DNA of 64,000 nucleotides, taken from the NCBI GenBank assembly GCA_951406725.2, contig OX597814.1:15934001-15998000 (forward strand). Reading direction: 5' to 3'. Positions 54,955 to 64,000 of this stretch are shown here, piece by piece. The notes below the pieces were generated by a model. The model did no database searches. It was not told where the DNA came from and saw only the letters and a list, made by a program, of their open reading frames with translations. Source of the stretch: Octopus vulgaris. Lineage: Eukaryota. The number at the start of each line of letters is the position of its first letter. The stretch's first letter is position 1. Made by a program: the position numbers and the translations under genes.

Positions 54955-57480
54955 TTTAGCTTCAGTCCAAGGACTGCGGCCACGCCAGTGCACCACTGTT
55001 TACATTGCGACACATTCACTAAACCTTCCCTGATATATGACATTCGGTGGATGTCGGAGTTTGAATTTGCTGCCCTTATCTGTGTTTCTTGCCCACAAGT
55101 AGATTTATGGAGTTCTCTCAGGTTTGTGGTAGGATATTGAAGAGTTGTGAGCCTTTGAAGCCCAAGCTGTTGCAGTATCTGGTGTTGAATCCTGATGGCA
55201 ATGTCGGAACCTTTGGTACCATGCAGTAGCGCCCTCTCCTGCTCTTTATGCACGAGACAATGCCAAAATTTAGAACCAGTTTCTCTTGTATTTTCCAGAT
55301 GTATATTATTGCATATCTTTCCCGACTACGTTCCATGCAGTACAGTCTTAACTCTCTCAATCTCCTCCAGTAGCTGACACGTTACATTTTAACGATCTTA
55401 TTTGTGTAGTTTCGCTGGATTGCTTCCATCGTTAATTTTACACTATTTGGTGATCATAATTGGGAGCAGTAATACAGGCGGCTGAGAACGAATGTCTTCC
55501 AGTGAACCATCATGGTTTCTTTTTCTCTTTTTGTTTTTGAAGTTCGAAGGATCAATCCGGCCAGACGTCTGCATTTTATTGCCAACTTAGTAATATGCAC
55601 CTGGAAAGATGCATCATAACTCATGTCGATGCACAGGTCAGGCACTGATTTTGATTCGGGAACTGGAATCCTTCCGGGGCCAGTGTATACTGTTTAAATT
55701 TCATTGAGCTTCTTGTGTTGGTAGCATTAATCTGCATGTTATTTTCCTCAGCCCACATGTATATTGCGTGCAAACTCACGTTGCAGATTCACAATGTCTC
55801 CAGAGATCTGTATCCTCTGAGAGACTTTTGTATCGTCTGCATAGCTAGAAAGAATAGCTACTTAAGCAGCTGAGGGCATATCAGAGAGGGCCACAATGAA
55901 TAGCAGTGGCGCCAGGACAGTGCTCTGTGGAACACCACACATTATTTGTGTTTTCTTGGAGGTGTGCCAATTGACCACCACTATCTGATTTCTATCTTTT
56001 AGAAAGTCATGTAGCCATACTCCATGTTTTCCAAATATGCCAAAATGTCGGAGCTTGTAATAAATCCTACCATGGTCGATTTTGCAAACTCGAGATATAT
56101 CACGTCCACAATGGAGTTGTTGAACAGCTGCTTTAGCAGCCACTCGTAATGCTGCCAGAGCTGTGTCAGGCAGCTTCTACCTGATCGAAAACCATGGTGG
56201 GTGTCAATAGATAAGTCATTCTCTTCAAGGAATGCAATTAATTTCCTTCAGACTATTCATTTCACGACATTGCCTATGTGTGAGGTCAGAGAGATAGGTC
56301 TATAGTTTTTAACATCTAATCTGCTTCCTCCTTTATGGATAGGGCATATCATTCTCTCATCTAGTTTGTCCGGGAGCTTACCATTTGCAAGGAAGCTCTG
56401 AAAAAGTAGCTGCAATGGTTTTGCAAGGACTCGTTTGCATGACATGAGGAAAATTACTGGGAATCCATCAGGGCCAGCAATTGAGTCTGCATCTATATCA
56501 TCTACTACTTGCATAACATCTTTTTCTGTGATGTTGATGCGATCAATTGTTACTGTCTCCTTTTCAGCTTCTGTAGTGATAAAGAATTCTGGGGTGAAGA
56601 CACTCATTCAGTGTTTCACTTAACCACATAGGGCTTCCCGTGATAGGGGACATATTTGTAGAGGAGTGGTCCTACTCTGCATTGCACAGAGGCAGTTTCC
56701 TTGGCATACCTAAAGAAAGCTTTAGGGTCTGATTTCTTATTTCTTATGACCCAGGCTTCCCTGTCTGATCTTTCCTTCTCATGGGAGTGCTTCAGTTATT
56801 TCTGACAAATGGATAGGGTGTATTACTCCCTCCTCTAGTTTGTTTAATCCTAAGATGGTTGCTTAGCTACAAACCTTATGACAGCTTCTGAGTTGGTTTT
56901 TAGAAGTAGTGCGCACTTCATCGGCATACTTTAGCTTTGATGCAAGTGATGCACGACGTTTTCCTCTTTGGAGACTTCCTGCGTCTTTTGGAGAAAGACT
57001 TTTGCTTTTCGTTTACCTGTTGTATCGTTCTGGATTCAGGAAGAAAGAGTTTGCACCATCGTGTCCATGCCAGAAGTCACCACACAGGAAGAATTTACAC
57101 ACGTGTGCGCTTCCTAACTGTTCGTGTCTTTGCGTTTTGACTGTCTGATTTTTGCGTTTTATTTAGTGGCTGTCTTTTGCTTCATTATTACTTCTAACGC
57201 CATCCTTTATTTTTTCTTTTATCATTTCTTTAGCCCTATATTGGTTCTTTCGCACCTTTGGAAGTTGATATCGGTTGTGGTAGGGCCATCGGTGCTGGTG
57301 TTTTCTTCCTTGGCAGGTATCTCGATTTCGGGTTTCCTTTCAGGTGTGTTCCCTTGTAGATCAGTGGGGTCAGAGGAACATCTGTCATTCATATGGAACA
57401 TCCTTGCCATCCTTTTGAGTTTCTGTGCAGAGATAGTGCTCAGTGTGCTGATGTGAGATCTGATGAGAGAATAGGAGCGG
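54955..57480 (-). mobile_element. decayed CR1-group LINE (ORF1 remnant + RT; endonuclease apparently deleted)
   Basis: AGPDGFP, PIHKGG...NYRPISLTS, HGFRSGRSCLTQL, WLHDFLKDRNQ, GVPQSTVLAPLLF, YADDTK, YCSQL; upstream CKFFLCGDFWHG...FLNP resembles a degenerate CCCH finger. Confidence 0.88.
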
Positions 57481-57899
57481 ATAAATTCTTGTGGAAACTG
57501 AAACTTACTAATACGGTTACATACGGTCCATCTAAATAAGTGTTTGTTAGTAGTGGCCTGAATAGTGTTAAACTTTTCTTAAAGACAGCAGTGTTATTCA
57601 TCAACGAATATCAAAGGTTCCTCAACTCCCTTGCTATCCTCCTGGATAGTGCCATGTTTCTCATTCGTAAATAATGTTGCATCAACGACAGACTGATAAA
57701 CCCTGAGTTTGATTTATTGTTTTAAATTGTAATTGTTTTTGTTGGTGTGGAGGCATAGTCTTCCTAATGATACTTAGACAACAAGAAACGCGTTTTCCAT
57801 ATCCTTATCGGATTTGTATTGCATCTGAAAACTTCGTATGCTGAAAGTAAGTTGGATGCTCGAGATACTGCTGATGTACACTGCAAGGTTTAACCGACT

Positions 57900-59200
57900 G
57901 TAGTTTGGTACCAGCAGTTTGGTTTTCTAGATATCGGCAATCAGTTAATTGATAGCTAACTGCTTCGTCTCTGCCCGTTATGTGCTGTTGAGGCATTATA
58001 GTTTTGCATACTGCAGATCAGTAGTTAGGAGGCATTGGTCAGTCATGAATGAAGTCTGGAAAATTTAAAATATTCTCCATCGAAGCGATGCCTAATATCC
58101 ACTGACAGCTAGTGCAGTGTGACTGCTTGATACAAAGGGAAGGGTTCTGGGCGGAAGCTTTTTTCAATCTGTTGGTGAATGGGAAACCCTCGAAGATGTT
58201 GATTTCATGCGATATTTCTCCAACACTGTAAAAGACAATAAGACGTAGAGCTTCTGACAACTGCGTTAAAGTTGCAAAGGTCATTGGCATCTGTATATTT
58301 TCGTATTCTTTGGCTTTTCTCAACAAAAGCTACGCTGGACCATCCAGTTCTGAATTCGGCATTTTCCTATGATGCTCAGGAAGTGATTTTTTTTTTTGCA
58401 TTGAATACTGGATCATGTTCTAGTGATATGGTTTTCATTGATGTGGCCCGATATTTCTTTGCTAGAGTAGCTATACCAATCTACAACCTGCTTCCATGCA
58501 AAACCGATAGTTCTTTGTAAATCATTCTGTTGTAATGTCTCGGAGTATGTTCCATACGTCAAGTTACTGGGATCTTTGGTCAGCTGTGCTTGGTTGGTTT
58601 CTTAAATTTCTTTGGCGAAACTTTTGCATTGAAATTTCAAGATGTTGAATTTTTTTATATCTGTTTTGCTAGATGGCTAGGGAATTTTTTACAGATGGCG
58701 ACCTAAGTCGACTAATGTGATTCGCTCAGCAGCCTCCTGCATTTATTGTTGTGTTGATGATGAGAAAACCTTTGTCGTGTTTTCGAGTGATGACATAATT
58801 ATGGATGTGCTAAAGATTGGCGTGTGGGTGTAGATTTGAAATCGTTAAAGTCCGAAACTTTGTGATGATTATAAGGAGTTTCTGTTCTGCACTTAGCCCA
58901 AAAAGTGGTTAGAAAATAAGGATTTGAAAATTGCCTTTCGATTCCAATTTTTTTGTTTTCTAATTGCATTTTCTATTACAAGTTTTCCTGGCAGAATCTG
59001 GATGTGCGGCCACCAATTAGGACGAGCTTTTTTGTTTTGTTCTTTGGTGTTGCATTGGCAGTGATATTCAATTTGATGGTACGGTTCGTCCTTAATGTTT
59101 TCACGCATCTTCTTAAGTTTCTCGTCTAGGCTTTCAGGTGGATATATATGAAATGATATTACCAATATATGTAGCTTAAATGTACGGTTTCCAAACGAAA
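57900..59200 (-). mobile_element. heavily decayed RTE-like LINE remnant (APE endonuclease end + linker)
   Basis: Fragments LVLIGG, HIHNYVITRKHD, EKSQRIRKYTDANDLCNF resemble RTE APE and linker motifs; many stops; boundaries approximate. Confidence 0.45.
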
Positions 59201-61073
59201 TGCGAAATTGACTTCTGATTCGCTCGCATTTTTCTAGAGCCTTCTTGTAAATGTACGTGAAATGGAAGTTAGCAGCGATATTCCTAAATAGATCAGCCTA
59301 GAAGCTGATATATAGATGATCGACCGGTCCGTGGTCTCATAAATGTGACTATCACACATCGACCGCCAATTTTCATGTCCGAGCTTGAAGCCCCTAATTT
59401 TAGCAAATCCTATTTTCATCGTTCTCATTACCATTAGACGTTTGGATTAGAAAAAAAGACCTACCAATTGCCTGAACCTCTTATACTAAATCTCAACTTG
59501 TGAGGGAGTGAGGCTCTCATACTGTGATCTTGAGATCACTACGGCTCATTTGGATGTGACATGCATTATTGACAACAATGAATTGATCTATTGAGGACGA
59601 TATCTTCTCAGCCAGTCCATCTATCACTGTTCTATTTTACGTCTAGAGCCGTTGGGAATATAACAATAGTGGTAATATATAAATAGCTGTAATCTACTAA
59701 TTTTTCCGTTTCTAGGAGGAATGTTTTCTTTCGAGGATAAACTCTGTGGATAGGCCCCTGTATTTATATATTACAAAGAATCTAAATTGTATGTTTATCA
59801 AAAAGAAATGCTATATCTGACATTAAGCAGTAACATTCCTATGTATTTCTCCTGTGAATATCTTGTAATTGCTTCGTATATAAGTTCACCAAGATGTCGT
59901 TTTCAACAGTATATTTTTGTACGATACATCATCGTTCAAAATAGCCAACTTAAAGCTTCTAATATTGATATTTAGGGCTGGATTTTGTTTTTTAAATTTT
60001 TGTAGTAATGTTTTTTCTCTTTTCCTTCGTGAGCTAATTTCTTACACAGAATAAGTAGAGAGAAGTTGGTGATATATGTTACTTCTTGCAACCAGATATT
60101 GTGAACGAATCTAATCTACAGGTAGACATTGTTTGTAATTGTAGCCTTCATTTGGTTTACCTTGGTTTTTGTTTTGTTTTATCCAAAAAGGCTGCACATT
60201 TGCGATGTTAATTTGTCTTAGCTAACTAATGTTATATATCCAATCTCTATACATTCTAATGAAATGAAAGTAACAAAATGCAACAAACGTCTCGAGATTT
60301 CTTCTTTGTTTTATAATTATACTTTTAAAGATTTATTGCTACAAAGAGTAGATTGCATTTAAATGTTACAAACTGACTTAGAAATAAAACAAATATAAAA
60401 TATATTAAATAAAACATACAGGAATTGTGGTAAAAAAATATTGCAGCATACAATGAAAGAAATATCCGTTTCTATTAGTTAAGGGAAATTTGATAATTCA
60501 TCTTATATATAGCTAGCGAAATATATCAAATAAAAAAGAAGACAGTTAATGATTCAAAAGAATATGGTAATTCCAAGATAAAATATGAAATAAACACTAA
60601 AAAGATAAAGTCGAAAAAACATAGGTGAAGTATTAGAAATCAGCTGTTCGAATAAGGAATATAGAACGTAAGTTTTGAATACTTTTCAATTTCCGTTCTG
60701 TCTTATGTGTTGGCGGTTTGGTAAACAGCATTCACCAGTAGATTTATCTGTCAATGAATTCCCAAGATCGAAAGTTAGATGCAAGTTAGCATAAGATCGT
60801 ATTTATATTTTAGACTAAAAGACAAATGCTTATTATTAGGAAATATAAACAAAAGAAACGTTGCTAAATCATAAAAAAAGAAATTCTTAAAACAGTTCAA
60901 TGAAATATGCCAAAGGGAACGTATCAGAGTTAAGGGCTGGTAGTTTCGTTCACTCCGTGTTGTATTCTTAATCATCATGTTTAATCTTAAATTGCTCTAT
61001 TTACCATCAATTATATAGGTTTCATGGGGTGTGTAACATAAAAGCGGAGAGTAATAAGTGAGAGAAAGAAAGC

Positions 61074-61141
<68 letters not shown>

Positions 61142-61708
61142 GGGAGAGACGGATAGCGAGAGAAGAGTGAGTGAGAAATTAAGGTGAGAATAAGCTTTCT
61201 AATCCAAGTCAATCCTCAAGATTATATTTCAAATGGTCTGCTATTATATGTGTGCTATTGCACAAATTAAATTACTTTTAATGAAGCAAATGTGGAACTA
61301 CTGAATAAAGTACGCAAAGAAAAAAAAAAGTTCTGAACGAATAAAAATTTCACTCTTAATCGGAGATTGACATGAAAAGCAAAATAGCAATTGTTAACGA
61401 CAAAGGAAGAAAAGGGGAAATAATTTCAGTGAAATAAGAATTAACGCAAAACAAATAATTCTTTTTACTTAAAGCAATATAAATCTGGTTTAGTTAACGG
61501 CGTGAGAAACAACGAGAAAAATGTCCCAGGAATATTGGTCCTCGTCCACGCAGCATATTCAGAAAGAATTCATTGCATCAGTAGTCTGGATTTTACACAC
61601 AGAGAGACATTTTACAAAGATATTTGGCCAGCAGCAATTTGCATAAGAAACGACAGTAACCTACGAGAGGTAACTGAAAAATCAATTTACATAAAACAAT
61701 ATATGTAT

Positions 61709-62164
61709 ATGTAAAGTATAGAAGCCATCTTATCATGGCTAACCACATTGGGGAAGGGGTGTTACTGCAGCTTTATAGCCCCAAGAGATCGTCGTTTCTA
61801 GCTGGCTTTAGACACAGTATCAGTGCCCTTGGAGTATTTGCAAAGGGAGGCCATCCCTTCCTCGCAAGCCTGAGTGATACGCTCGAACTAGTTTCGGGAT
61901 TTTTGTCCCTCGTCAACGGGCGGTAACCATCAGGTCACGATGAAAGTGAAGGCTGCTTTGCAAATATATAAGTTTTTCTAGTGGCATCTGCCACTGATGT
62001 CGAAAAACGGACAGTAAGCATAATTAAATCTCAGAATGAGATTGAAATAGTAACCGCTCGATAATGTAAAGTATAGAAGCCATCTTAGCCATGATAAGAT
62101 GGCTTCTATACTTTGCATTATCGAGCGATTACTGTTTCAATTTCATTCTGAGATTTAATAATGC
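61709..62164 (-). mobile_element. non-autonomous Penelope/retrozyme-like element (355-bp unit with terminal direct repeat plus inverted partial copy)
   Basis: 24-bp direct repeat 61709-61732 / 62064-62087; 70-bp inverted arms 62018-62087 / 62095-62164; internal hammerhead-like motif; TA-rich flanks. Confidence 0.7.
61880..61922 (-). ncRNA. minimal hammerhead ribozyme-like motif (C3U variant)
   Basis: cgcccg-TTGACGA-ggga-caaaaa-tccc-GAAAC-TA-GTT-cgagcg: stem I 5/6 bp, stem II 4 bp, palindromic AACTAGTT stem III. Confidence 0.6.
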
Positions 62165-62166
62165 AA

Positions 62167-62216
<50 letters not shown>

Positions 62217-62217
<1 letters not shown>

Positions 62218-63231
62218 TTAGCAATTTAGATGATGGAATTCCATATAGAATTAGGAAAGCAAGTGTTGCTTTAGGAAGGCTAGAAAAGCGCCCCTGGATT
62301 CGGCGAGTTATATGCAGAAAGACAAAGATAAAGGTGTACAAGGCATGTGTGCTCCCTTCTCTTCTCTATGCCTGTGAGACGGGGGTCACATATCGATACC
62401 ACCTTAAACAACTGGAACGATTCCATCAGATGTGCCTCAGACGGATTTATGGCATTAAGTGGAAGGACCGCATTAGTGATCTTGAAATATTGGAAGGCTC
62501 TCGGTGTGAAAGTATAGAAGCTCTTGTGTTAAAGCAAAGGCTCAGATGGAGTGGTCATCTGGTCAGGATGAAGGATTCAAGGATGCCAAAACAACTCTCT
62601 TATGGAGAGTTAGCTAAAGGAGAACGACCTCCACATGAACCAAATAAGAGGTATAAGGACTTGCTGAAGGCTTCCTTAAGAGATGCTTGCATCTCCCCTG
62701 ACACATGGGAAGTCATAGCTATTGATCGTAGCAGCTGGAGAAGGATTGTGCACGAGGGGATAGCCACTTTTTAGAAATCTCGAGTTGCACATGAGAAAGT
62801 AAGGAGGGATGTCAGGAAGGGCATCGCTGTTATACTTCCAGATGGGAAGTGTCTTCCTTTGATGCTGACATGCAATGTCTGTACAAGACCCTGCCTCAGT
62901 AAAGCTGGACTCAAGAGTCATCTTCGTAGTCATAAAGCGAGACAGATGAGTGACAACCTGGCCACTGGTGGTGGTGTAACACACCATACTAATCATATCT
63001 GTCAGGCATGTGGAAGAGAGTGTAATTCGGCAGGAGGACTTAAACGACATGCAAAGGTACATGAAGCCCAGTTACGAAAACAGTCGGCTATTACCGGTAA
63101 AGGGTTTAGTTGCCAATTCTATACAAAACATTGTAGATCTTTAGCTGGGCTAAAAAGTCACATTCGATCACAGCACCAGTAACAGTTAAGCTTCGTGCAA
63201 TGGTCATACTCGATAACGAGGGGGCAGCCAT
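62217..63231 (+). mobile_element. 5'-truncated RTE-clade LINE with three C-terminal C2H2 fingers
   Basis: LDDGIPYRIRKAS, TKIKVYKACVLPSLLYACET, LERFHQMCLRRI, RLRWSGHLVRM...PKQL; one in-frame TAG at 62772; fingers in 62859-63182; 3' hairpin CTCG-ATAA-CGAG then (TA)n. Confidence 0.92.
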
Positions 63232-63618
<387 letters not shown>

Positions 63619-64000
63619 TTAATCACCAGCTAGTGATTAATACAGTATGGTTGTAATCATAGCATTTTGCTTGTGTATCTCTTCGGCGTAATTAAATGAC
63701 TAAACTTAAAATAGTTATTAGTGGATTAATGCTTTGTACAGGTGGGGAGATAGGATTGATAAAAAAATATAGTGGGAAACGCAATTAGGTTTTAGTCGGA
63801 GAAGGGGTAAATATACAATGAGGTTTTAGATTAATCATAGTAATTTATAATAACTTATGATAATTATTTTTGTAGTACTAATTAATAGTATTTATCATAA
63901 TAAAGTGCTAATCGATTAAATGTAATTGTTTATTTACTAGTAGGTGGTTAAGCTTCGAAGTGAGATAAGGCAAGGTCCAACGTTCGATCTAATTGGTCAG

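Noticed and set aside
62859-63182. Stand-alone host C2H2 zinc-finger gene
   Set aside because: In frame with the RTE thumb region, followed by the RTE 3' hairpin and TA tail; no TGEKP linkers

Overview
AT-rich, microsatellite-saturated animal genomic DNA. The SINE families and repeat load suggest a coleoid cephalopod, most likely Octopus (inference, not verified). The window is mostly mobile-element debris: five tRNA-headed SINE families (several with clean 12-16 bp TSDs), four non-autonomous Helitron-like elements, two Tc1/mariner-type MITEs plus a transposase fragment, and broken retroelements of the Tx1/L1, RTE, R4/Dong, CR1-like and Penelope groups. No intact autonomous element, rRNA, true tRNA or CRISPR array is seen, and most ORF-track entries are translated microsatellites. 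Main signals: (1) two divergent RTE LINEs each ending in three tandem C2H2 fingers; (2) Penelope-type elements and short fold-back derivatives with minimal hammerhead-like cores beside (TA)n tracts; (3) a SINE family whose 3' stem-loop tail matches the 3' end of the CR1-like LINE in the same window; (4) a tentative chain of short, phase-compatible + strand exons (about 18.3-52.2 kb) that may encode an unrecognised host protein.
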